From Octopus sinensis (Eukaryota), in assembly GCF_006345805.1 (NCBI RefSeq), contig NC_043023.1, positions 1,798,001 to 1,862,000 on the forward strand: a stretch of 64,000 bases of DNA, given 5' to 3'. Under the pieces are notes generated by a model that was given only the letters and a program-made list of their open reading frames with translations, ran no database searches and was not told the origin of the DNA. Below, piece after piece: positions 51,474 through 64,000 of this stretch. A program made the translations under genes and the position numbers. The first letter of the stretch is position 1. Each line of letters begins with the position of its first letter.

Positions 51474-51755
51474 CTGCAACAGCCTGGGTTTCAAGGGCCC
51501 ACAGCTTTTTAATATTCTCTCAAAGTGTCTGAGGAACTTGCACAAAGTAGATGTAGGGGTTTTTAAATCAAAGCTGGACCTGTTCCTGTCGAGAGTCCCA
51601 GATGAACTTACCTCACAGCAAGAGGTGCAATTGAGGGTAGCTGTATCAAACTCCATGCTTCACCAAGTGCCACATATTAGAGGAGGCTCTTAGTAATAAC
51701 AGTGTAGCAAAACGGCGGTGCATCAGCATGGCCACAGCTCTGAGCTGAAACTAGA
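51474..51755 (+). mobile_element. CR1/L2-like LINE 3' fragment
   Basis: NSLGFKGPQLFNILSKCLRNL...FKSKLDLFLSRVPDE...SNSMLHQ, stop at 51691, then a short 3' UTR with stem-loop CAGCTC-T-GAGCTG. Confidence 0.75.
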
Positions 51756-51791
51756 GAAAAAAAAAATGTTTTTAATTTTTAAAAAATTCTT

Positions 51792-51852
51792 ATCTAGTTT
51801 CAGCTCACAAGCTGTGGCCATGCTGGGGCACCACCATTTGGTGTTGCTACAT
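51792..51852 (-). mobile_element. Second CR1/L2-like 3' end, tail-to-tail with the previous one
   Basis: Reverse complement gtagcaacaccaaatggtggtgccccagcatggccacagcttgtgagctgaaactaga. Confidence 0.7.
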
Positions 51853-52057
51853 GATTTTACTTCACGAATGCTTTTTAGCAATTGCCATTTGGTGCATGAG
51901 AGAGTTCGATGCAGCTGCCCTCATCTGCACCTCCTGCCATGAAGTTGGTTCATCTGGGACACCTGACAAGAATATATATGAACATATATATATATAGATG
52001 TATATATATATATATATATATTAATATATATATTTATTTTAATATATATATATATAC

Positions 52058-52100
<43 letters not shown>

Positions 52101-54584
52101 CATATATATATATATAATCAAAACAAGCAACAAGGATATCCAGAGGTAATGCAGTACTATTGTTTCAAGCAAACTCCATTTAATTGAACAATGGAAACAT
52201 TACATCAATTTAAATGTAGAGCAATCCTCAGCTGCATAAAGACAGAGAATTTAATTAAATTAAAACAGATGGACACATTAGTATAATTTTACCTAAAATC
52301 TCCAAGAAGGTAAGGAGATAGACAAAGAACATGCTGTCTTCACTTCACCTAAGAAGCTACTAAGGTATCAGGAAGAAAGTCGTGTTACAGATTTTGCTTG
52401 TCACTGTTTTATGGGGTCAGTTTTAATTTAAAGACAAGTTTATCAAATCTTTGTATATCTGAGCCCAAAAGAACAAGGAGTAGTGCCCGTTAGGAAGGGG
52501 ACTGAGGGAGTCAACAGAAATCATAGTGGGTATAGTCATAAAAAAAACTATCAAGATTTATTTGAACCAATATAATGAGATTTGGTAAAGGAAATCTTAA
52601 ATCAAGATGTTAGTTATCAATTAAAGGGGCAGGCTGATAGTAGACCATTGATAGTGAAACAGGAGAAATGTTATCATGTGGTACTATAGTTAAATATTTT
52701 AAACAATATTGTCATATTGTATAATGTTAAAGTTTAGGATCATTCAGAAGATCATTAAGAAAAATGTTATAACCAGAAGGATAAAATTTTTTTTTTAATA
52801 CTTTTGAGTATATACCAAACTTTTACCACAGTAAAGGTGGGTAAAGAAATTATCTAGAAATACTCTTTTACTTGTTTCAATCATCTGACTGTGGCCATGC
52901 TGGAGCAAATCGACCCTAGGATAATTCTTTGTAAGCCCAGTACTTACTCTATCGGTCTCTTTTTGCCAAACTGCTAAATTACAGGGACCTAAACACACCA
53001 GCATTGGCTGTCAATCGATGTTGAGGGGACAAACACAGACACACAAACACACACACATATATATATATACAACGGGTTTCTTTCAGTTTCCATCTACCAA
53101 ATCTACAAACAAGGCTTTGGTCGGCCCGAGGCTATAGTAGAAGACACTTGCCCAAGGTGTCACGCAGTGGGACTGAACCTGGAACCATGTGGTTTGTAAG
53201 CAAGCTACTTATCACACAGATACTCCTATGCCTATATAGTTTAATTTATATACTCTCTCTTTACTCTTTTACTTGTTTCAGTCATTTGACTGCGGCCATG
53301 CTGGAGCACCACCTTTAGTCAAGAAAATCAACCCCGGGACTTATTCTTTGTAAGCCCAGTACTTATTCTATCGGTCTCTTTTGCCGAACCGCTAAGTGAC
53401 GGGGACGTAAACACACCAGCATCAGTTGTCAAGCAATGCTAGGGAGACAAACACAGACACACAACACATACACACACAAACATATATATATATATACATA
53501 TATACGACGGGCTTCTTTCAGTTTCTGTCTACCAAATCCACTCACAAGGCTTTGATTTGATCGGCCCAAGGCTATAGTACAAGCCACTTGCCCAAGGTGT
53601 CACGCAGTGGGACTGAACCTGGAACCATGTGGTTCATAAGCAAGCAACTTACCACACAGATACTCCTACACCTATATAGTTTAATTTATATAAGTGTGTG
53701 TGTGTGGGGGGGTAACAATAGTATATCTATTTTTATAGTTCAGCATCTAAAAATACCCATACATTTCTAAATTTTCCTATATTTTCCTTTCGTTGCAACA
53801 GTATGTCTTCAATAACCAATCTCAGCAATTCTCATCTTATTATTACCAATTCCATCATGCAAATTCCATCATTATTATCCCATATCTTCGCATATTGTCC
53901 AAACTCATTATAAAATACTTTCTCAAATGGTTCTTAAACGGATTCTTAAAGACATATTAACTGATTCTATTCTTTACGTTACATATCATCGTTCAATGTT
54001 TATAAAGTCATGATCCTCAATTTATAAACAACTGATGAGGTGCAAGTATGGAGAGATGTGGTGAGTGGGAAGAAGCTTGCTCCCAAACAAAATGGTTCTA
54101 GGTTCAATCCCACTGCACGGCACCTTGGGCATGTATCCTCTATTATAGCTCCAGGTTGACCAAAGCCCTCTGAATGGATTTGGTAGATGGAAACAGAAAG
54201 AAGCCCTTTGTATATACATTCTTTTTATTCTGTGGCCATGCTGGAGCACCACCTTAAAGGGTTTTAATTGAAGAAATCAACCCCATGATTTATATTTTTC
54301 AATTCTATATTTAAGAGATGAGGAATTATGTACATTCATCATCATCATACTCATCATCATCGTTTAACGTCCGCTTTCCATGTTAGCATGGGTTGGACGA
54401 TTTGACTAAGGACTGGTGAACCAGATGGCTGCACCAGGCTCCAATCTTGATCTGGCAGAGTTTCTACAGCTGGATGCCCTTCCTAATATTATTTACATTT
54501 GATGGATATTTGTCCTCATCTTGTTTGTTGTTTGTTGTCGAAAAATACCTTAGGAATGAGAACCCAGGTTCAAAACTTCCCCAA

Positions 54585-54630
54585 GACACCTGATGAAGGC
54601 TGGAGGGTATATCAGCTGAAACATTGTGTT
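54585..54630 (+). ncRNA. Minimal type I hammerhead motif (same family as 49167-49209)
   Basis: GACAC-CTGATGA-A-GGCTG-(10 nt)-CAGCT-GAAAC-ATT-GTGTT. Confidence 0.65.
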
Positions 54631-54640
54631 AACAACAAAC

Positions 54641-55275
54641 AATTTTACTGAATCTTCTGTTTTATTACATGCTAGACCACTGGTGTGAAATCGATGTTAA
54701 TTAAATTAATATCTTATTTCTTACCCTCATTTTAAATTTAAATTAATACGTTCTCTACCCAGCAAAGGCCACTGCAGTAAAGTATTATCTGCAGCAGCAG
54801 TTTTTCCAGTAATTTAGCGTGCCAAAAAGAGGACGTTTGAAGTAGTAACCATGAGTGTAATGGGTAGAACTGTTTACAGATCTGACTTTGTGCGGACGTC
54901 CTAGTATGCAGTCCTACAAATTATATTCATCTGGACGGTCGCACCGATGATCTACGGACATTTATGTAAGTAAAATTATGTAATATGTTAATAGTGAAAC
55001 ATGTATGCAAATAATCCATATTTTTATTGCTTTTTCTTTTGTCTTGCTCGATTACGTTTTGGTTGTTTTGCTAAATTTTTCTTGAGAACATTTCTTAGTG
55101 GTAAGACCATAGCAGATCTATTTCTAGCATAAGGGTGTCCACATAGTGGTTTCCCTCTAATATGTATATAATACAATTTTACTGAACCTTCAGTATTTTT
55201 ATATGCTAGACCACTGGTGTGAAATCGATGTTAATTAAATTAATATCTAATTTCTTACCCTTATTTAAAATTTAT
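54641..55275 (+). mobile_element. ~530-bp unit plus ~100-bp terminal repeat, diverged relative of the 11.4-kb array
   Basis: 54641-54745 repeats at ~55173-55275, and the block tagaccactggtgtgaaatcgat...taatttcttaccctt is similar to the 11.4-kb unit. Confidence 0.8.
54932..55018 (+). ncRNA. Decayed or variant type I hammerhead
   Basis: GCA-CCGATGA-TCTA...TAGT-GAAAC-AT-GTA-TGC. Helix III is the palindrome ACATGT and the distal helix is TGGA/TCCA. Confidence 0.65.
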
Positions 55276-55881
55276 ATATATTATATATATATATTTGATC
55301 AATTTAGGGTAGCAAAAATTCAATAGAAATTATGTATATTTTTAATTATATATAATTTAAATATTATATATATATATATATTATATATATATATATATAA
55401 TATGTAATATATTTGTATATTTTAATTGCTTCTGTTATTACACTGCAGCCATGTGGGGAAACCACTTTGAAGGATTTTAGTCAAACAAATCACCCCTGTA
55501 TTTATTGTTAGTGTTCAGATTATTCTGTCAAATGTGTTGTTTGTTTATTTAAAATGGTTTGAATTAATCCTGCATTATCTTGTAGCTTAAAGATTTCAGT
55601 GAAGTATTTTTTTAGTTTTAGAACGACATGGTAGGGCTGAGGTGAGAGGCCAGATCTGGTCAGTTTCAATATAAAACAGGTTAAATATTTTGGCAGGATA
55701 TGGCCGGTTTGAATGCTAAAGGGTTAAAGCCCAGTATTGTTGGTTTGTTTTTCTGAACTACGAAGTTATGGAGATGTAAACACACCAACACACCAACACA
55801 TATTGTCAAGTGATGGTGGGGGACAAACAGAGACACAAAAAAAAAATACTCACACATACACATTTTGAAAAACTGTTTATT

Positions 55882-55954
55882 TGCAGTAAGCTCAGCTGAT
55901 GATCCTAAGAGTTTGGCACTAAAGGTGAAATCAACTGATACTGAGATGATTGTA
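55882..55954 (+). ncRNA. Type I hammerhead ribozyme with extended helix I
   Basis: CTCAG-CTGATGA-TCCT...AGGT-GAAA-TCAACTGA-TA-CTGAG. Helix III arms are ATCA/TGAT and the distal helix is TGCAGT/ATTGTA. Confidence 0.8.
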
Positions 55955-55977
55955 CTTTCCTTTGTGTTTTTGCAAAG

Positions 55978-56033
55978 GTAAGGGCTATTTTTTCTTATAT
56001 TCGCTACTCTAACTGTGTGTATTTTGTTTATAG
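55978..56033 (+). other. Candidate 56-nt spliceosomal intron
   Basis: AG|GTAAGG donor, CTAAC branch site at 56009-13 and TTTTGTTTATAG acceptor. Confidence 0.55.
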
Positions 56034-56622
56034 TGAGAAATATGTGGCTTTGGAGAGCTGACTCTTCTTTCTCGCATAGCTGATATATAGTTTTTGATAT
56101 CCTAAATATTTATATATATTTACCGATATTGGTTAAGCGTGATGGAGACTTTATTATTATTATTTTTAATAATGATATCTTATTTTCTCTCTCTCTGTCT
56201 CCCTATCTATATATATAAAAACTGAAAATGCATGTGTCTGTATGTGTGCATTGCTAAAATCTGAGAACTACTCAACTGATTTTATTCAAATTATACACAT
56301 GCTTCACTTACAGTCCATGCAGTGTCATGGGCCAATAAAAACCCTCCAGCTTCATGCCTAATGTGAGCCAAAGCAATATTTTTCCCTTACATTATTTCAG
56401 TATTGTGTGTCAAAAGTGAAACAATAACATCTCTATTGTAATGTGAGGTAATACTGTCAGTTTTAATAGTTTCATTATTAATAATTTCACTATGTATATA
56501 TATATTAGTTTCATTTCTATTAGTTACACTATGCATTGTTTATGTATGATATATATATATATATAATATACATATTATATATATATACAACACACACACC
56601 ACAACACACACACATATATATG

Positions 56623-56657
<35 letters not shown>

Positions 56658-57338
56658 TATGTATAATATATACATATATGTATACATACATATAAATATA
56701 TACATGTGTGTGTATGTATATAGGTATATATATATATATATTTTGTATGTATGTATATGTATACATGTTTATGTATGTGTATGAAATCACTGTGATACAG
56801 GTCTATATTTTTTTAAATGTCTTACTTTGAAAAATTGCATTCGGTGGGATTAGTTATAATATTGTTGGTAGAAATGACTAATTGTCCCTCTTAGCGTGTG
56901 GCATGTATGTATAATGCCTTCTGGCATGTATGTATAATGCCCTCTATATAAAATTTAATATATATATATTATATATATATATAAGCATATATATATTTAT
57001 GTATACACATATTTATGTATGTATATATATATATACAAATAAGAAAATGGAGGAACAGATTCCTTTCAATCATCGACTTGCAGATATTACCAAATTCATA
57101 TTATTTATTAACTACTTAAATAGGAACATCAGTGTTGTGGTCCCTAGTTGGTATGGGTATATCTTTCATTGATGAATTGATCCAAATCTTCTCCATTTTA
57201 CCAACAGTATTCATCCTGAGGAATTGATATACTATACTTGATGCACCACTTATACTAACAACACTTAAAGAACGCCCTATCTCACTTTGTACTATATTAT
57301 ATATGTAAAAAAGTAAATATAGATGATTGTATGTGTGT

Positions 57339-57375
<37 letters not shown>

Positions 57376-57439
57376 TATAATATATATATATATATATATA
57401 CATATATATTATATATATGGATATATATATACATATGTC

Positions 57440-57750
57440 GAGGTGCAATGGCCCAATGGTTAGGGCAGGGGGACTCATGGTCGGAGGATCGCGGGTTTCG
57501 ATTCCAGACCGGGCATTGTGTGTTTTTATTGAGCGAAAACACCTAAAAAAGCTCCACGAGGCTCCAGCAGGGGGGGGGGGGATCCCTGCTGTACTCTTTC
57601 ACCACTCTTTCTTTCACTCTTTTCTTCTGTTGGCCTGCTCGCTTAGCCAGCGGGATGGCGTCATTCGAAGGCTAAAACAATGCGAAACGCATTGTGACCA
57701 GCGATGTGTAACAACATCTGATGGTCTGGTCGGTCACGTGATCATGTGAT
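57440..57750 (+). mobile_element. tRNA-derived SINE family C, full length
   Basis: A box TGGCCCAATGG and B box GGTTTCGATTCC, inserted in (TA)n. Confidence 0.85.
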
Positions 57751-57855
57751 ATATATATATATTGGTTAGTCCGAAGCTATAGGGGAAGACATGTGGTTGG
57801 GAAAACAAGCTTTACCATACAGCTACACCTACATGTGTGTGCGTGTGTATATATA

Positions 57856-57898
<43 letters not shown>

Positions 57899-59062
57899 TT
57901 ATCTAAGATAAGAAAATAGAGAGGTAATTAATAAATTATTATTTATTAAATAAAAAATTGACAAACATCCCTTACAGGTGCAGGAGTGGCTGTGTGGTAA
58001 GTAGCTTGCTTACCAACCACATGGTTCCGGGTTCAGCCCCACTGCGTGGCACCTTGGGCAAGTGACTTCAACTATAGCCTCAGGCTGACCAAAGCCTTGT
58101 GAGTGGATTTGGTATACGGAAACTGAAAGAAGGCCAATGTATATGTGTGTGTTGTGTGTGTGTATGTATGCATGTATGTGTGTGTATATGTTTGTGTCTC
58201 TGTGTTTGTCTCCACAACATTGCTTGACAACTGATGCTGGTGTGTTTACATCCCTGTAACATAGCGGTTCAGCAAAAGAGACCGATAGAATAAGTACTAG
58301 GCTCACAAAGGATAAATTGGGGTCGATTTGCTCAAATAAAGGGGTGCTCCAGCATGGCCGCAGTGAAATGACTGAAACAAGTAAAAGAATCAAGATCTAT
58401 ACTGTTGATAAATGAATGTGAAAGAGATAGTTGAATAACTGGCATTTCGTCCCGTTCTTATATAATAATAATAGTAATAATAATAATTAATTGTGTACAG
58501 TGCTCAGGTGCACTACAACTCATCTAAAGTGTATATATAATCAGGTGTAGTTTCGACGGATTTCGGGAAGCATGAGGGCCTTAAAGGATGCAGTGTCAGT
58601 TCAAATCCTATCTACTTCACCTTCGCTTGACGAGCAGTGAAATTTTGTTGATAGAAAGTGGCTAATTCTGTAACACTGGATCTCTGATATCACCTCTTGT
58701 AGGATCCAAGAGAGGCACAACATTATAACATTAGCCAACTATATACATGATTTATGGAGGAAGGAATGCCATCCAAAACCAACTGGAAACTACTAGAACA
58801 ACCTGGTCATACTTAAGCAGAAGCAGGGATTGCAAGCTTTAGTTAATCAAGAGGAGAATGATCCTAAAAAATTCACATGATCTGGGTCCCTTCCTGAATC
58901 AAAGAGCGAAAACGTTAGTCACTGCCAGAAAATTCATTTTGGAAATGTACTCTCCCAATAATAATAATATAATAATAAAAAATAATAATAATAATAATAA
59001 TAATATAATAATAAAATAATAATAGTAAAATAATAATAATAATAATAATAATAAAAATAATA

Positions 59063-59101
<39 letters not shown>

Positions 59102-59118
59102 TAATAATAATAGTAGTA

Positions 59119-59153
<35 letters not shown>

Positions 59154-59201
59154 TAGTAAATAGTAATAATAATACATAATAATAATAATAATAAAATAAT
59201 A

Positions 59202-59243
<42 letters not shown>

Positions 59244-59639
59244 GTAGTAATAATAAAGTAATAATATATAATAATAATAATGATAATAATAATATGATAT
59301 AATAATAATAATGATAGTAGTAATAATAATAATAATAATATAATAATAATAATAGTAATAATAATAAGTGCAAAAGATTGTCTTAACTGGTACATCACAC
59401 GTATTGAGAAGAGCCTTGTCCGTGTGGACTATTACTACCCATGTATTTTAATTTAACTTTATTCTATAAAAAAAAAAATGAACGAACTAGTGAGTTTAGT
59501 TTAATGGCCTACCAATGTATACTATGAGTTTCTTTGCTCTAGGAGTCAGGAAGACACTTGGCAAGAAATGGAAGCAAATTTGAAAGAAGAAAAACCCATA
59601 AATAATAATGATGATAATAATAATAATAATAATTCTTTT

Positions 59640-59905
59640 TCTCCTTCTTCTTCTTCTTCTTCTTCTTCTCCTTCTTCTTATCCTTTTTGCCCCTTGTGGA
59701 GCATAGGGCTTCAACAGTTGTTTCCAACTTTTTGCGGCCATTGGCATTTTTCTTGGCTGCTTCCCATGTCCTGAGCTCGTCCAAAATGTTCCACTTCCAT
59801 GTCTGCTTCAGGCGTCCTTGCTTCCTTTTCCCCTTCAGGTTCCAGTCAACTGCTTCTCGTGTCACAATGAAGAATATGTATGAAAATACAGCTGCCCACT
59901 TTTTG
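59640..59905 (-). mobile_element. 3' end of a third RTE family (SR2-like) with (GAA)n tail
   Basis: TREAVDWNLKGKRKQGRLKQTW...VEALCSTRG followed by (GAA)n. Confidence 0.75.
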
Positions 59906-60186
59906 ATACACTTGGCATGGGAGGCAACTCTGGTAGGACTCCAAGAAACATTTTTTATCATTTGAGCATTTGGTATACTCTTTACTCTTTTATTTGTTTC
60001 AGTCATTTCACTGCGGCCATGCTGGAGCACCACCTTTAGTTGAGCAAATCGACCCCAGGACTTATTCTTTGTAACCCCAGTACTTATTCAATCGGTCTCT
60101 TTTGCTGAACTGCTGAGTGACTGGGACGTAAACACACCAGCATTAGTTGTCAAGCGATATGGGGGGGACAAACACAGACACACAAG

Positions 60187-60241
<55 letters not shown>

Positions 60242-60534
60242 ATATATATATATATAATATATATATATATATAATATATATATATAATACATATATATAC
60301 ATATACGACAGGCTTCTTTCAGTTTCACAAGGCATTGGTTGGCCTGAGGCTATAGCAGAAGACACTTGCCCAAGATGCCACGCAGTGGGACTGAACCCAG
60401 AACCATGTGGTTGGTTAGCAAGCTACTTACCACTCTCCTTTTTTTGCCATGAAACTAACCAAGACAGTATATTTACTTCCAGCATTAAAGAGGCTATGAA
60501 TTTGTGGCTTGTATATCTCTGAGCATCCACCCAC

Positions 60535-61065
60535 TACACTGCTGTGTAGCATGGCAGTTCACACACATGCATCATACAATCTACATTTCATTCTGAGCAA
60601 GAGGCCCTTCGTCACCAGTAGAGGTAGGAGCTTTCTGAACTTTGTACAGGCTATTCTTATTCTAGTGGCAACGCTCCCCGAGCATCCACCCACACTACAG
60701 ACTTGGTCACCTAGGTAACAGAAACTATCAACTACTTCTAATGAAATCCGTTTTCTGAGTATCTGCGGTGTTTATTGCCCCTGTGCATCTGCAACACACA
60801 AAAGCTGTCATTTCAGTTAACCTTCCATGGACGTTGATGGACCTCTTATGCATTCATAGCTTACACTGGCTACATCTTATGGAGTTTCTACCTACAAATT
60901 TTCTACAGATTGAACAGGGCCATCTACCTGAAGGGGTTTGTGATGTGTTCACCTTCCTACTTACTAGGACTTTGGTTTTTGCAACATTGACACTAAGGCC
61001 CTTCGATTCTAAACCTTACTTCCACACCTGAAATTTCTTCTCTAGTTCTGGTAGTGATTCCACTA
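60535..61065 (-). mobile_element. Internal RT fragment of the main RTE family
   Basis: Homologous to ~5740-6290, including the Cys-rich insertion. Confidence 0.88.
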
Positions 61066-61177
61066 CAATATATATATATATATATATGAATACATACAGA
61101 GACATGGATATATACTTATATATATGTATACATGCATATATATATAGGTGTGTGTGTATGTGTATTTATATGTATGT

Positions 61178-61267
<90 letters not shown>

Positions 61268-61789
61268 GGATAGGCACAGGAGTGGCTGTGTAGTAAGTAG
61301 CTTGCTTACTAACTACATGGTTCCGGGTTCATTCCCACTGCATGGCACCTTGGGCAAGTGTCTTCTACTATAGCCTCGGGCCAACCAAAGCCTTGTGAGT
61401 GGATTTGGTAGACAGAAACTGAAAGAAGCCCGTCGTATATATGTACTTACATATATGTATTTGTGTGTATATGTTTGTGTGTCTATGTTTGTCCCCCAAC
61501 ATCGCTTGACAACTGATGCTGGTGTGTTTACGTTCCCGTAACTTAGTGGTTCGGCAAAAGAGACAAATACAATAAGTACTGGGCTTACAAAGAATAAATC
61601 TTGGGGTCGATTTGCTCGACTAAAGGCGGTGCTCCAGCATGGCCGCAGTCAAATGACTGAAACAAGTAAAAGAGTAAAAGAGAAAAATATATGCATATAA
61701 ATAGATAGAGAAATAGATAAATAGACAGATAGATATGTGTATACATATATGTATACATATATGTATACATACATACATACATACATACA

Positions 61790-61820
<31 letters not shown>

Positions 61821-62409
61821 GCATGTATATACATAGGTAGACATAAAACCGTACAGGAAGGTTATCAATAAAATTATCAATAGACGGATATCCAGATTAA
61901 TCTATTCATTAAGAAAGATTCGTAATTAATCAGTGAAGATTAATGAACAGATTAATTTCTGTCTGTGTGTCTCTTGTTGAATGCCTAATTAGTCTCCATC
62001 TTCCTAGAGTCCCCTTAATGTCATATCTGTAGTATTGTTTGAGGGCACAATGGTAATATAGAGGACACAGGGGATTTGCAGTGTAAGGAGGGTTGCAGAG
62101 CGGGAGGGGGTGCTGTGTGTGGGGTGGGGGGTGGGCTTGGCTTGGGCAAGGGAAGGGCTTTGTTGAGGGAAATGGGTGCAGGGAAGGAGAGTGAGAATGG
62201 TGGTTGTGTGTGAGTGTGTATAGATATATGTATATATATGTGTGCGTGTGTATGTGTTTGTGTGTGTGTGTATACATATATATATGTATATATAAACATA
62301 TATATATGTGTGTGTGTGTATATGTTTATGTATATATGTATATGTATATGTGTATATATACATATATATATATATACACATTCATGCACACTCACATATA
62401 TATATATGC

Positions 62410-62448
<39 letters not shown>

Positions 62449-63870
62449 CACACATATATATATACATATAAACATATATATACATATAAATTTATATATA
62501 TACACACACACATATATATATACATATACACACACATATATATATGTATATATACACACACATATATACATATGTACGTTATATATATATATACGTGTGT
62601 GTGTGTGTGTGTGTCCATATATATATACACACACACACAAATTTCATGTATGTGTATATGTAAATATATACATATGTATGTGTATGTATGTATATATATA
62701 TACACACATATACATATATACACACAAACATATGTTCATATACATGTATATATTTACATATACACATACATGAAATTTGTGTGTGTGTGTGTGTGTATAG
62801 AAAGACAGACAGACAGACATTTGTTGAGGGTTGTTAAGGGAATTGTGCAGTGATGGTTGAGATATGAAATGGTTGTGATGGTACTGAGACCGAGGGAGTA
62901 GAGGAGGGGGAGCAAGGGTAGGGAGACATTGCAAATGAAGTGGGGGGTAGTGACATAGGGAGGGGGTTGGTTGAAACAAGGATGGTTTACAAAGAAGCTT
63001 GATATTAAAGGATGAAAAAGAGGGAGAGAGAGAGAGATACTGAGGGAGAAAGACGTACAGATAAAGAGGTCATAGGTTCTGGTATGGCCCTGTGGTTAGG
63101 AAGCTTCTTGGGCAACTGCATGGTTTGGGTTTCAATTAGACTGTGTGGCTTCTGAGGTAAGTGTCGTTTTTAATATAGCCCCAGGATGACCAACACCTTG
63201 TGAGTGAATTTAACAGACAGAAACTGTGTGGAAGACCATCACACACATGTGTGTGCATGTGTGTTTGTATGTATATATCTATCTATCTAATATATATATA
63301 TATATACACATACACGATGGGCTTCTTTCAGTTTCCATCTACCAAATCCACTCACAAGGCTTTGGTCGGCCCGAGGCTATAGTAGAAGACACTTGGCCAA
63401 GGTGCCACACAGTGGGACTGAACCCGGAACTATGTGGTTGGGAAGCAAGCTTCTTACCACAGTCATATCACACATGTGCCTGTACATATACATATATGTA
63501 TATACATATATATGTATATATATACACACACACATGTATATATAAATATTTGTTTTTACGTTATAATAAAACCAATTTTACATCAAACTGAAGGATTACT
63601 CAATACAGTGGGTAAAGTATAAATTTATTATTTGTCAACTAGAATAGTATTACTCTTTCACTCTATAACTTGTTTTCAGTCATTTGACTGTGGCCATGCT
63701 AGAGCACCCCCTTTAGTCGAACAAATCGACCCCAAGTTTTATTCTTTGTAAGCTTAGATCTTATTCCATTGGTTTCTTTTGCTGAACTGCTAAGTAACAA
63801 GGATGTAAACATACCAACCTTGATTGTCAAGCGAAGGTGGGGGGGGACAAACACAGACATCCAAACACAT

Positions 63871-63920
<50 letters not shown>

Positions 63921-64000
63921 GATGGGCTTCTTTCAGTTTCAGTCTACCAAATACATTCACAAGGCTTTGGTCAGCCATGCAAAGGGACTGAACCTGGAAC

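Noticed and set aside
54763-54965. Host exon suggested by CAG acceptor and GTAAGT donor
   Set aside because: All three frames contain stops, and the segment lies inside the ~530-bp HHR repeat unit.
58655-58870. Stop-interrupted protein-like frame (KVANSVTLDL*YHLL*DP...)
   Set aside because: No recognisable motif. It is probably a decayed transposon and cannot be assigned without a search.

Overview
This is AT-rich, repeat-saturated eukaryotic DNA. The SINE/LINE repertoire looks like an octopus (cephalopod) genome, which is my inference. No intact host gene is recognisable; there is one weak exon candidate near 39.9-40.1 kb. The window contains a nearly full-length RTE-clade LINE (4758-9641, minus strand), about a dozen truncated RTE copies, and fragments of CR1/L2-like, Dong/R4-like and two other RTE LINE families. 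It also holds Helitron remnants, more than 30 tRNA-derived SINE copies from at least four families, and abundant (TA)n, (TG)n, (GATA)n, (TAA)n and (TACA)n tracts. The most notable signal is not in the ORF track: eleven type I hammerhead-ribozyme (HHR) motifs, some intact and some decayed, found by eye in several distinct non-coding repeat families. Most have a self-complementary helix III (dimer type), several have an extended helix I, two are followed by short spliceosomal-type introns, and several sit in partly inverted or tandem units. The clearest case is a ~530-bp tandem array at 11.3-12.7 kb with one HHR per complete unit (retrozyme or Penelope pseudo-LTR architecture), with a diverged relative at 54.6-55.3 kb. 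All folds were paired by hand and none was computed. Repeat boundaries are approximate.
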